Shown one piece after another: positions 1-11,415 of a stretch of 40,656 nt of DNA. The notes under the pieces are model-generated. The model ran no database searches. It was not told where the DNA came from and saw only the letters and a program-made list of their open reading frames with translations. How positions within the stretch are numbered: position 1 is the first letter of the stretch; each line of letters starts with the position of its first letter. Position numbers and translations under genes: made by a program. Source of the stretch: Chrysochromulina tobinii (Eukaryota); assembly GCA_001275005.1 (NCBI GenBank), contig JWZX01003128.1, positions 1 through 40,656 of the forward strand. The letters run 5' to 3'.

Positions 1-185
1 CCATACATTAACGAAACACATAATTGCATGTGAGTTCAGTACACACACAATTCCTCCCAGCTGTACGTCCCTCCCAGCTGTCCGTCATTGGGGATGAGGG
101 GGTAGGTCTGACCTACCCCCTTATTGGGGAGCCCCTCCCTTGAGGATTCTGTCGAGGAATCTGTTTTGCGTGCGCTGCCGTCGGC

Positions 186-818
186 ATGACGCTCATGCTC
201 GCCGTTCTGACGAGCTTGTCGTGGAGCCCATCTGCCCACTCTCACTTGATCGTCAGCAGCGCACGCAGCCCACAGACGGCGGCGCCCACGATGCGGTTGC
301 CCTTCTTCAAGGGCGATGAGGAGGCCGTGAAGCCTAGGAAGCAGCCAACAGCGCAGCGAGGCATGGTTATGCCAGTCGCACGCTTTGGGTTCGGCAAGGC
401 GGCTAAGGAGGAGATCGCGGAGGCGAAGGAGGAGAAGGAGGAGATGAGCATCAAAGCCTTGCTCAGCGAGTACGGCCTCATCGCACTCGTCTTCCACTTT
501 AGCGTCTGGTGTACCTCGCTCGCTACTGTGTACGCGCTCCTGACGCTCGGCCTGGCGGACTCACTCGCGGGCGTGCTCGGTCGACTCGGTCTCGACGGGG
601 GGGCGCTGAACGGTGCGGCGGGCCTGGCAGGCCGTGCGACCGCCACCTTCGGCATCGTCGAGGCGATCGGACCTGCGCGCCTCGCCCTCACCGTCGCTGC
701 GACTCCCAAGGTGAGCGAGCGCGCGCGCCAGTACGCAGCGGTGCGTGACGCGGAGGCGTGGGTTCAGTCCCAAATCGAGACGATCACCGCCAAGCTCGGG
801 GGCGGCAGCAAACAGTGA
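186..818 (+). CDS. DUF1279/FAM210-like membrane protein with N-terminal signal and probable plastid transit peptide
   Basis: Intronless 210-aa ORF. Motifs KALLSEYGLIALVFHFSVW and EAIGPARLALTVAATP resemble DUF1279. Hydrophobic N-terminus followed by an S/R-rich stretch. Confidence 0.7.
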   Translation: MTLMLAVLTSLSWSPSAHSHLIVSSARSPQTAAPTMRLPFFKGDEEAVKPRKQPTAQRGMVMPVARFGFGKAAKEEIAEAKEEKEEMSIKALLSEYGLIALVFHFSVWCTSLATVYALLTLGLADSLAGVLGRLGLDGGALNGAAGLAGRATATFGIVEAIGPARLALTVAATPKVSERARQYAAVRDAEAWVQSQIETITAKLGGGSKQ

Positions 819-1371
819 AGCGGGGCGGGGTCCTACGTTTCTCCTTTGGCCGTACCGCCTTTCCAGCATCCGCCCTTCGAGACGTTGCTTCGCCGTCCTC
901 CCTGCTCGCGTCCTCTGAGATTTTCGTTGAGTTGTTTGACTCGTTTCGCATGTGTCATATACACACCGCGGCACCTTCCACGTTCCACCTCCTAGAGCGC
1001 CGGGGGATCGGGGTCATGACTTAGTCATGACTCACCAGACCCCGCTCTTCTAAAGCTTCGAACCCCATCCTTTTCTGTCACGCTGTGGCTGTCGAGGCGC
1101 GCCATGAGGCGCGCAGGCGCACGACCGGCCCCGTGTTCGCGCGCGGTGGAAGCTGCAGGTTATTGGGGGAGCCTTGCGTGTCGCGGGTTCTCACGGCCCG
1201 CCCCGTGAGTGGGGCGTCGTATCAAAGGATGCAGAGTCATGTCCTTTGGGGCTTTTGGGACCTTGTTTCCAAAATTAGGCAACTTTGAGAACCGTTTTTG
1301 GTTCGACAACAAAATCTGCGGAAAACCTGTAACCCTGCTGCAGGACGGAACGAAGCGCTTCTTCAACCGAC

Positions 1372-3906
1372 ATGCCCTGGGTTGACTCGTTGGAGGTGGC
1401 CCTCCTCAAGCGGGGCTCCCCGACCGGGGTTGCCGCCTACGTCCGCCTCTTAGCCCTGAACCTGCAGGAGCAGACGCTGGCCGTCGTGCCCATCACCCTC
1501 CAGCTCGTCCTCACAATCGCCATCTTCTTCCGGCGCGCGCCCAACGCCCCGGGGGAGCTGGTCGGGGGAATGCTGTGCGCCATCGTGGGGCTCACGCTCT
1601 TCACCGACTCCTTGCGCATCTGCGTCATGCCCCTGGCGGAGCTCATCGGCCGCGAGATGCCCCGCAAGCTGCCCCAGGCTGCGACGCTCTTCATCGCCCT
1701 GTGCCTCGGCATCCTCTGCACCTACGCTGAGCCCGCCCTGGCCTCCCTGCGGCCCCTGGCGCGCCTCGTCGAACGAAGCAAGACGCCCTACCTGTACATC
1801 GTGCTCAACGACTTCCTCGAGCCCCTCATCTTCTCCATCGGCCTTGGCGTGGGCGCTGCAGCCATCATTGGGATCCTGCGCTTCCAGAACGAGTGGAACA
1901 TGAAGAAGGTCATCTTAGCCGCCATCACCCCCTGCCTCATCTGCAGCTGCTACATGCAGTGGGGAAACCCGGAGCTCAAGCCCATCCTTGGGCTTGCGTG
2001 GGATTGCGGCGCCGTGACGACGGGCCCCGTGTCCGTGCCCGTCCTCCTTGCCCTCGGAATCGGCGCGATGAAGACGTCCAAGGAGAAGAAGCTCGCCCGC
2101 CGTATGCTCCAGCAGGCCGTCCTGGGGGGCGGGCAGAAGCCCGCGCTCGACGGCTTCGGTATCGTCACGCTCGCCTCCCTCCTCCCCGTCCTCGCGGTGC
2201 AGCTCCTGGGCATCGTCCTCTCCTTCATCTACACCCACGACGACATCGTCAACCGGCCCGAGGCGGCAGTCGTAGAGGATTCGCCAGACGAGATCAGCCC
2301 CCTGCGCGAGGTCGTCTTCGCCGTCCGCGCCATCCTGCCCCTCAACGTCGCCATGGTTTTCCTCGTGCTCTTCATCATCCGGGAGCCCATCCCTCTCCTG
2401 TCCATATGTCCGGCCATCGACATTGTACCGGCCAAACGGGCGGTTGGAGGAGGAGGACGAGGCACGTCCTCCAGCGCCGCGGCCACCCCCGTCGTGACAG
2501 CGGAGGACGCTGACCAACCAGCCCTCAACAAGGAGGGGGAGCTGCACCTCAGCCGCCACTCTAGCCGCCACTCTATCACCATCTGCGATGAGAAGCCCAG
2601 CACCTCGGAGGAAGGCACCTTGGAGGAAGGAGGCGAGATTGCCATCTCCCGACGCGAGATTTCGTCGAGAGCTGCGACCTCGGAGGAAGGAGGCGAGGTG
2701 GAACCTCCGGAGAAGCGCGGCCCCTCCGCCAGATCGATCGGCGGGGAGGAGAGTTCGGTGGGGGCAACAGCTGCTGCGTCCTCTACTGCCGCACCCCGCT
2801 CCCCTGACGGCTCGCTAGCCCACCCCAACGGCGGACAGCCCGCCCAGTCCTCATGGGCGAACGCCAGGCCCCTCCTCTTCGGCATCTTCATGGGGCAGAT
2901 CGGCATGGTGCTCTTCAACCTCGGCCTCACGTACGGGTTCACGGCTATCGGGTGAGTCTTATCAAGGGGATCGGCGGCGTTGTGATTCCAGCCCAACCCA
3001 ATCAGCATTTGGACCTCCCCCCACTCGCGCCGACAGCGACACATCCTTCGTCCCAAAGCGCATGGCCCCTCTCCGCCCCGCATTTTCATCACACTCGCCA
3101 ACCTCCGCCTGCGCCATGAAATCGCCTTGCCCCCCTCGCCTTGCCCCCTCGCCTTGCCCCCATCGCCCTTCGCCCCCCTCGCCCTTGCCCCCCTCGCCCT
3201 TCGCCTCCCCTCCGCCTTCGCCCCCTCGCCTTGCCCCCCTCGCCTCGCCCCCGTGCACACCCCACATCCCCTCTCTAAATCTGTAGATTGCGGGCGTTGC
3301 AGTGACCAGGTGGGCCTCCTTCTCCCCGCGGCCTTCATGTCGGTGTCCGGCGAGCCGTCCTCACCCTTCTACCCCTACGGCGGGGGGGTCGCGCTCACCA
3401 TCATCACCGTCTTCATCCTCGGCTTCCTCGCCACCCGCGCCGAACCGGCCCTCAACGTGCTGGGCAAGACCGTGGAGAAGCTGTCCGAGGGGGCCTTTTC
3501 CCGCAAGCTCCTGGTCTACTCCGTGTGCGTGGGCGTCGCTGTCGGCATGTCGGCCGGGGCGACAAAGATTCTCTTCGGGGCGAGCCTCATCGGGTTCATC
3601 TTGGGCAAGTATGGTAGCGCGCTCGCCCTCACCTACTTCTCCAGCGAAGACATGGCGACCATCGCCTGGGACTCGGCCGGAGTGACCACGGGCCCCGTGA
3701 CGGTGCCATTTGTGCTCTCCACCGGCATCGGCTTCTCCAAGGCGGTCGGCGCCGAGGAGGGCTTCGGCATGCTCACCTGCGCGTCGGTGTCTCCCATTAT
3801 CACCGTGCTCATCGTCGACATCCTGCGGAGATGGAGGATGGCCCTGGCCCCGAGGGCCCCGGGCTCTGCGCCGATCGTGGCCGTTTCGGCAGAACTGAGT
3901 GGGTGA
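1372..3906 (+). CDS. Tandem DUF1538-domain multi-pass membrane protein, 2 exons (1372-2951, 3303-3906)
   Basis: Repeated motifs AEPAL and AWDxxxVTTGPVxVP in both halves. Intron 2952-3302 (GTGAGT...TGCAG) joins FTAIG to DQVGLL in frame. Confidence 0.85.
3122..3255 (+). repeat. Intronic pyrimidine-rich tandem repeat, unit approximately CCCCCTCGCCTTG
   Basis: About 9-10 imperfect 13-14-nt units inside intron 2952-3302. Confidence 0.85.
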
Positions 3907-4841
3907 AGGCAATAATTCGGCACCCAGGCACTTAGGAGGTGATCCCAGGGACCGGAGGTGATTCCCAGGAAGGTGAATCCCAGGAATACCAGAGCTGCGA
4001 GCGTGGATAGAGGTCCTGGGGAGATTTCCCCGGGGACGCGTCGGTCCCGTGCATGCTTTTAAGAGGAGGGACGGCGGGACGAAACCCGTGATGAACTCAG
4101 TACACCGGTACCTAAGTCTTCGTCTGCCGTCGGCGCTTACATGTAGCGAGATTCCCGTCGGCTGTCTTACGTGTTACGAGTCTGGATGTGGATCGAAAGT
4201 GTGCGTGACCGAGTGAAAGTCGTAAGCATCGATATTCGATTACGGTCCGGTCAGTCCCGAAGGAGTTCGTCTCGGTGGTCGGGTCGGTCCGTCTGCGTCC
4301 GTGACGTGAAGCTTGAGCCTACAGCCTTGACGACTCGCGAGGGTCGCGTGATCTCTCCGAAGTCCGCGTGATAATGGTAATTTGTGTGTACGGTTCTCGG
4401 TACCTAGTACATCCGAGTCGTACTACGTGTACACCCTACACCGCAGGAAATATAATAAAGGTGCGGCTCCGCGGCTGCGGGCACGAAGCCGGAAGGTAGA
4501 ACGGCACGGATAAGCGAAGGTTGCTGGTGGCGGCGTGCGCCATGCGATGTCTATTTATGGCCATCTCTATGGTTCCGGGTCCTGTGTGCATATGCCGGTA
4601 TGCGTATGGGGTCATGTTCGACAGTCCTTTGAGAATGTGCACTCCTCCTATGTGTATGCTCCGTGCTCAGTGCACATGCCGCGTGTGCCTTGGCCGCATC
4701 TTAGCATGTGCTTCCACATCCTTGTGGTTCCACACCATCCTCTCATCATCGAGCCATCAGCGTTGCCGCATGCCTGTGGTTCCATACCCTTGCGGTTCCA
4801 CTCCATCCTCTCCTCTCATCATGAGCCATCAGCGTTCCATA

Positions 4842-7380
4842 TCAGGCAACAAGAGGACGCGCGGAGCCTCTCTTCTCGACCCTCTTCTCGACCGTTCCGA
4901 CGAGGGCACCGGCGAGGGTAGCGAGCACGAGGAGCGCCGCCCAAGCCAGCTCCCCGAGGCTTGCATGCACGAGCAGGGCTCGAGCGGCTCGGACTGACGA
5001 AACCAGCTCCCCGAGGCTTGCATGCATAAGCAGGGCTCGAGCGGCTCGGACTGACGAGAGGGCGCTTCCAAAAAAGGCTCGAGCTGCAGGGAACACCGTT
5101 TTCGAGCTCGGCTCCGGCGAGGGCGCGGCGGCCGACAGCCGCAGCGACACGTTCGAGAGGTCGATCTGACGAAGCTTGGAGCTCTCGATCTGGTGGTCGA
5201 TCTGACGAAGCTTGGAGCTCTCGATCTGGTGGTCGATCTGACGAAGCTTGGAGCTCTCGATCTGGTGGCGCGCCGGCGTGCGCGGCTCAAAGATGGATTC
5301 GGGAGATGTCTCCGAGATCGGAGACACGTCCGAAGCAGACGAAGCCGGCGTGAGCACGATAGGCGTGGGCGCGGCCGGTGGGCGCACCTTGTCTCCCTTA
5401 GGCGGAGGCGAGCACACGGGCACGCCCACCGGTACGCCCATATTAGGCACACCACCTACCATATTAGGCACATCACCTCGCTCGGCCGATCGGTGGCCCA
5501 ATCTCGCATCGGGAGATGACAATCTCGCGTCGGGAGATGACAATCTCGCGTCGGCCTCGGCCCGGAGCGCGTCGGCCATCTGCGCCGCCACGTCAGCAGC
5601 CAGGGCACCATGGAGCCGTTGGGACGGTTGGGCACCATCGATCCAAAACGGCTCGGCGCGGCAGTTGCCTTCCTGCGCGTCCGGCCGAAGGGCATCGACC
5701 ATTGTCCAAGGGGCGGCGCCGCCGCTGGCGACGGCGGCGGCGGCGGCGGCGGCGGCCGTCGCTTGACGAACCGCCGCGTCGAGGGCAGATTCCTCGGCGG
5801 CGACGGACGCGCTGTCGAGGATGCGCTCGATCGCGGCGGCTTCGTCAATCACGAGCCCGAGGCGCAATCTGCCCGGCATCTCGAGCTCCACCCGCCGCAG
5901 AGCCCGTCGCATGGCCGTTAGCACCGCCTCGTTCGAGAGGCGCATGAAGGCCGTGCAGACGCTCAGCTCGGCGCGAGGGCCTACCAGCTTTGCCGGTAGG
6001 CCGAGCTGCGCGACCGCTCGGGGGATGAGGGGCATGCGCGCGGTGAGAGGGACGCCTGCCAAGACGACGCGACGCACGCCGAGCTGGAGCAGCCCGAGCA
6101 GCAGGGCGTGCAGATGCGCTGAGAGCGCGCGGAGCGGCGCCGAGATTGCAATCTCGATCTCGAGATCGCTCAGCGCATGCGTGAGGTCATCAACGGAGCC
6201 GCCCGGAGCTCGTGCGGAGATCGGATCCAGATCGGAGCTCGTGCGGAGATCGGAGCTCGTCAGCAGCGCGGCGAGACGCCGCACTCCGACGCGGCTGGCG
6301 AGCTCCGATCTGGCGAGACGGAGGGCGGCGTGGCCGGCGGCGCTCGCGACGGCGCTCGCACCGCCTGCGGCGGCGCTCGCGACGGCGCTCGCACCGCCTG
6401 CGGCGGTGACCGACAGCTGATGGAGCAACGAGGAGACGTAGAGGTCATTGCCGCCTGTGCGGATGGGGGCCGTCACATATGAGAGAGAGGCACTCGGAGG
6501 CACTCGGAGGCACTCTGAAGGCACTCGGCGCTCCGACTAGCACTCATTAGCACTCATTAGCACTCATTAGCACTCAGTAGCACTCAGTAGCACTCATTAG
6601 CACTCATTAGGACTCATTAGCACTCATTGGCACTCATTAGCACTCATTAGCACTCATTGGTACTCATTGGCACTCAATGGCTCTCCGCACGGACCGGTAT
6701 GGATGATCGCAGTCGCGTCGTCGTGCAACCCCCCCGGGGCCCGCCTTGATCGCAGCGATCGCTTGCTCGAGCTGCTCGAGCAGCGAGGCGGAGGTGGAGC
6801 TTCCGATGGCGACGTTGACCGTCTGGCCGCCCTCGGCCCACGCCAAAGTCTCAGGCCACGTGTTCAGCATCTCGCAGTACGCCCACGAGTCGCCAAAGAT
6901 GAGCCACTTGACGCCCTCGGAGCTGCGCGAGAGCTGCGGGCGCTGCGTGTCTTCGGCTGCGCTTCCTGCCAGCTCGGAGGCACTCGCGGCGGTGCCACAC
7001 TTCGAGGTAGGCCGAGAGAGGCGGAGGCGCCACAAGATGACGAAGGTGAGAGCGACGAAGACGCCTGCGGCAGCCGGCGCGATCCACCAAGGCAGCTCCT
7101 CGACGATCACAGCCTCCGGAAGGAGGGAGTGCAGATTCCGGAGCGCAGCCTCTGGAACGACGGACACAGCTTCCGGTTCCTGGGTGGGTTCAAGTTCCTT
7201 CAAACCCCGGAGGGCGCTCTTGCGCCGTCCGCTGTCGACGAGCTTTCGCAGCCCGGGCGCAACGACCCTGAGCACGCCGAACTGAGCCAGCGTCAAGTCA
7301 ACGACACCCTGCTTAACCGCGTCAATGGCTCCCATCGTGTCGAAGAGGTGCAAGGAAGCTGCAGAATTACTAGAGTGCAT
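4842..7380 (-). CDS. SGNH/GDSL-like hydrolase with N-terminal TM segment; intron 6455-6694; one-base frameshift at C-run 6729-6735
   Basis: Block I IFGDSW, block II NVAIGSS. Block III AIIHTGGNDL appears after removing one G and splicing GTCCGT...CACAG. Block V reads WIDGAQP. Repetitive low-complexity C-terminus. Confidence 0.7.
6490..6680 (-). repeat. Intronic 10-nt tandem array (CACTCATTAG)n with (CACTCGGAGG)n variant
   Basis: About 14 consecutive decamers at 6541-6680 plus related decamers at 6491-6530. Confidence 0.95.
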
Positions 7381-7675
7381 CTTCGACTTGTGGGAAACCG
7401 ATTAATCGAAGGAAATTTATACTGAACCAATTGTTCCGACTACAACACTTCGCATACGGGTCCTCACCCAACCCGAGGACCAGGATTCCAATCTGGCAAA
7501 CATTTGACAGTTGTCCTTTGCGTACCCGTAGGAGCGCCTCACGCGAAACCCACGCCGACACGCAAGCAACACGCGCGACGCGGGCTGGCGAAGAGCAGGG
7601 GCTCTGAGGGTCAGCTGAGGGCGTCCAGTGCAGCGGCGGCGCAGACGCACGAGGCTACAGACGTAGGTACAGTCG

Positions 7676-8544
7676 ATGCTGCATGTTGCATCTGCGACGG
7701 CGACGATCGCAGTTGCTCCGTTTCAAAACATGCTGTGCGCCCTAGTTTGCGGCTCTCCGATACAAAGCAAGCTCCGCTTTCTGGCCCAGCATAACATCAG
7801 CACCGACTTGGAGGTTCGCGTGAAATCCAACTGGAACCTAAACCACCAGAGGCTCGAGCACTTGATCGCTGCCATGAATCACGTGCCATGAATTCCATGA
7901 ATCACATGGAATACGGCACGCGTGAAGGCCTCATGCTTCGCTTCTTGGCCCAGTATGAACTTCGGTCACCACTGCGTGGGCTCCCCTGGCATGCCTTTGA
8001 CTCCTTTGAAGGCCTGCCTGACGACCTTGCTGGAGGCGACCTCCGCAAAACTCGGAATGTGCGCTGGAGAACCGGCGCATATTCCACTAACGGCCAGCTA
8101 CCGAACATGACGTGCTGCCCAAATGTGCAGCTGCACAAGGGTTGGTTCAACGACACCGTGGGGCCCTTTCTCGACGCACACGTTGGCACGCCGGTCGGGT
8201 TCGCACACATGGATGCTGATATTTACTCGTCGACCATGACCGTGCTCGAGGCGATCTTCTCGCGTTGTGCACAGCGCATAGGCACCGTCTTCGCCTTCGA
8301 CGAGTTGTTCGGGTCGCTCGAGCAGGAGCAGCACGAGCTTCGCGCGCTCGAAGATAGCGCAACCAAGTGGGGCATTAAGTGGCGGTTCATTACGTACGCG
8401 CTAACGCGGGGGTCGACAGTTGCACGTGCCGCGGTCCAGGTGGTGGAGCCTGACGTGCGCGGGCGATGTAGGACGAGCTCAAGGTCCGTGGCGCCCAGCA
8501 CATCGGGGGAGGCAAAGCGATTTAAGTTCAATCTGTTCCAGTAA
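7676..8544 (+). CDS. TylF/MycF-like class I SAM-dependent O-methyltransferase; 5' part 7676-7891 is in a different frame from 7888-8544
   Basis: Motifs MEYGTREG, HAFDSFEGLP, LHKGWFNDT, FAHMDADIYSST and FDE are typical of the TylF/Methyltransf_24 group. Confidence 0.75.
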
Positions 8545-9271
8545 TTAGGGCAGATATACGGCAAGTGGTGGTGGAGTCGGGGTTCGCCGGTTGGGACGAC
8601 CGCTCCGCTCACCGGGTTGCGTACTTGCGTTGCCGTTGGCGGCCGCACCCTCCGGCCGAACGTAGAGTGAAGCTGAGATCAGGTCGCGCACCTGGCAGAA
8701 GTGGACTTTTTTTCGGAGCGCGCCGCAGGCGAGGAAAATTTACATGTTATGCGGCAACCTATGTTAAATAGGATCTACACTACTTACACGAGAAAATAGT
8801 CAAGTGCGTCAGTCTGTGCAATAATGAGATACGAGTAGACATAAGTCATAACGTACAAATTTTATCGCCTCCGGGTCGCGTCGGGGGGGCTCAGCAGCAC
8901 ATTCCCGTCCGCGCCTAACTCGCGCGCCGCATGGACGCACCACGCCATGGCAACGATAAAACAGCTCACACACGCGCGCCTAGCCAATTCTGAACCGCCC
9001 CGCTTTCGAGTCGCTCGTGGTCACTTGCGCATGAACCATCATTCCATGGTGCATCATTCGGTATCAGCGTCTGATTACTGATTTCATTCGGATTCGGATC
9101 GAACATGGCGCGACGCGCGCGCAACCATAGAACGGCCGCCGTTCTCCCGTCTCCGCTCCCTCTCAAAAGCCGAGCAGAACGGGAGATGGAGTTGCTGCGT
9201 CACAGTAGGTGGCACGGCATCTCCGACAATCTCGTCCTGGCGCTCGACATGGCGCCCGGTACCCTGCCTAA

Positions 9272-10423
9272 TTAGGCCGCGCTCACCGCAGCGCTCACCG
9301 GAGAGGTGAGCAGCGCCTGGCGCACGATTCCCTGCGCAATGTGCTCGCCCCACACTGTATACCCCTTGTCGTTCGGGTGGATGCCGTCGCGCGCCCAGTA
9401 CTGCACCTCGTGCCAAAACGCAGCGTCCTCGGCCGGCTGATTGCGGACAAACGAGATGCGACCTCCCATATTAGGCAGCTTGCAAAGGGCTTCTTTCTGC
9501 TCATCCCACAGCGCAGCAATGTTGGCGAGCAGCATGCGCATCGTCACGGTCACTGGCCAGTCGCCACCGAAGACGGGCGCGTAGGTAATTGGCAGCGCCG
9601 GTAGTACCACAGGGCAGGCCGTGCCAGTCTCTTGATGGATACTGTCCACTAGGGATGACAAGGTCGCACGGAATCCGCTCGCGGTGCGCCCGAGGCCCTG
9701 GTACGCGTACTTGAAGTCGTTCAGACCGCAGATGACCACGACCAGGTCGATCCGGTCGCCCACCGCCTGCGCCTGCCTGACCGCCGACCCCACCGCTGGA
9801 AGCAGCTGCGCCAGCCCTGCCACGTCCTCACCGGTCTTGCCGATGGCGGTCCACTGGACGTCGACGTGGAGCGTGCGCGCGAGGAACTCGGCGCACGCGC
9901 GCGGCATCGCCGGCCCGGTCTCGCGATCGCACCCCACGCCCGTCACCAGTGAGTCACCTATGAAGAGGATGTTCTTGCGCGGGCGAGGAGCGGCCGGCGA
10001 TGCTGACGGTTCGTGCGGCTGCGGCTGCTGCTGCTGTTGCCGCGACGGCGGCGGCTCGATTAGTGCGGTGCCGTGCGATATGAACGGACGACGGAGGCCC
10101 GTTATCGCTGCCGCACCCTGCTGCCGGCGCTCTCGCCAGTATGCGGCCACCCCCTGCATCGGCCCTGAAGGCTCCTGCAGCGGCTCGTACTGGCTATGTA
10201 GGTACTTGAGCTGCGCGAGCGTACCGGCAAGCGTCGCGCACGACCCGCCCACGGCTATTCGCGCCAGGCGATGGCGGCTCGGGATGAAGCCCCAAAGAGT
10301 GCGCATTTCTCCGATGGCGAAGGCTGTCGTTCGTTTGGAGAACGCGATCGACGAGCGACGTGCGGATTCTGTTTTCATCTCCATACGGGTCGACTCGACT
10401 ACATGTACCGGGTACTCACTCAC
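9272..10423 (-). CDS. SGNH/GDSL hydrolase (Lipase_GDSL_2-like), intronless; true start may be ATG at 10384
   Basis: Complete catalytic blocks: FIGDSLVTGVG, GKTG, CGLND, DGIHP. Confidence 0.85.
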   Translation of the reverse strand: MSEYPVHVVESTRMEMKTESARRSSIAFSKRTTAFAIGEMRTLWGFIPSRHRLARIAVGGSCATLAGTLAQLKYLHSQYEPLQEPSGPMQGVAAYWRERRQQGAAAITGLRRPFISHGTALIEPPPSRQQQQQPQPHEPSASPAAPRPRKNILFIGDSLVTGVGCDRETGPAMPRACAEFLARTLHVDVQWTAIGKTGEDVAGLAQLLPAVGSAVRQAQAVGDRIDLVVVICGLNDFKYAYQGLGRTASGFRATLSSLVDSIHQETGTACPVVLPALPITYAPVFGGDWPVTVTMRMLLANIAALWDEQKEALCKLPNMGGRISFVRNQPAEDAAFWHEVQYWARDGIHPNDKGYTVWGEHIAQGIVRQALLTSPVSAAVSAA

Positions 10424-10700
10424 GACATTGTACAGTACGTCAGTACCGGTACAATTGAACCAAACCAGCTCGTGCGTGCGCGCCTCCGCTTGGGCGCGTT
10501 TACTGTAATGACTACATTGTATTGGTAAGACGCCCCGTAAACATCTTTACTGAAGTTGAGAGGGTATGCAATCGCCGGGGTCGCGCGTGCATGGTGGTCG
10601 CGAGCGGTCGACTCTGGTGTGCGGTCCACAACATGCCGACACTGTCTGCCGACTCGGCCGTTGCACACTGAGGCTGCCCCTCTTTCCCGCCAACTGGACA

Positions 10701-11174
10701 ATGTCAACCTTCTCGATGAACTCGGCGCTGCCCAACCTTCTCGTGACGTATGCCGTGTGCACGGTTGTGTTGTTCTTCGTCGTGAAGGTGTGTAACTTCT
10801 ATGGCGCTAACATGGACGACCACCCCCCCGAGGACGCGCTCCTCGGAACGCAGCCCCCCGTCCCTGACGACATCAAGCGTCGCATGCGTCTCATCATGAA
10901 TAACTTGGAGAATGCGCCGATGGACCTCGCGCTTTTTTGGGCGGCGTTCATCTCCGTGCTCGTGCAGTCGTCCAGTGGCGGAAAGGAGGAGGCGCTTGCG
11001 CTGAACGTGCTTCTGCCCATCTACACGGCCGGGCGCCTCGTCTATGCTGTTGCGTACGCGCGCGGACTCCAGCCCCTCCGCACCATCTGCTTCGCGACGT
11101 CCACCAGCTGCACCGTCGCAGCGGCGGGCGTTTTGCTCTCGTCGGCGTCAAAGGCCTACATGATGACTACATGA
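10701..11174 (+). CDS. MAPEG family membrane protein (microsomal GST/PTGES-like)
   Basis: Four hydrophobic segments. RRMRLIMNNLEN and YTAGRLVYAVAYARGLQPLRT match MAPEG signatures. Confidence 0.85.
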   Translation: MSTFSMNSALPNLLVTYAVCTVVLFFVVKVCNFYGANMDDHPPEDALLGTQPPVPDDIKRRMRLIMNNLENAPMDLALFWAAFISVLVQSSSGGKEEALALNVLLPIYTAGRLVYAVAYARGLQPLRTICFATSTSCTVAAAGVLLSSASKAYMMTT

Positions 11175-11415
11175 TGTACATGTAGTAGGGAGGCAAAGGG
11201 CAAGACAATGCTACCGGTAATGCTAAGCGGGGCTTGTTGAGGGCATTGTGAAGTATTGCGGGGGAAATATGGTCCTTGACATTCACACACCGTTCCTCAC
11301 ACCTCGCCCCTTCGTGTGAGCCGATGCGTGCGTGCGTGCGTGTGAGCCTGCACGGACCTCGTGCACGTGTTCGCCCACATTGGAAATTGAGAACTCGGGC
11401 GCCACGTGGCCCCAC

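Noticed and set aside
1012..1032. GTCATGAC-TTA-GTCATGAC palindromic pair as a terminator or operator
   Set aside because: Single short occurrence in a eukaryotic intergenic region; no function can be supported.
4521..4997. Cys/Met-rich ORFs as genes
   Set aside because: Low-complexity CATG/CATC-rich 3' flank overlapping the end of the minus-strand gene; no recognisable protein features.
6541..6680. Interstitial telomeric repeat
   Set aside because: The unit is a decamer without the TTAGGG-type G-run and belongs to the intron filler family.
6729..6735. Programmed frameshifting here and near 35180
   Set aside because: Both breaks fall in C/G homopolymer runs with no recognised slippery heptamer; sequencing indels or gene decay are simpler. 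Raw reads are needed.
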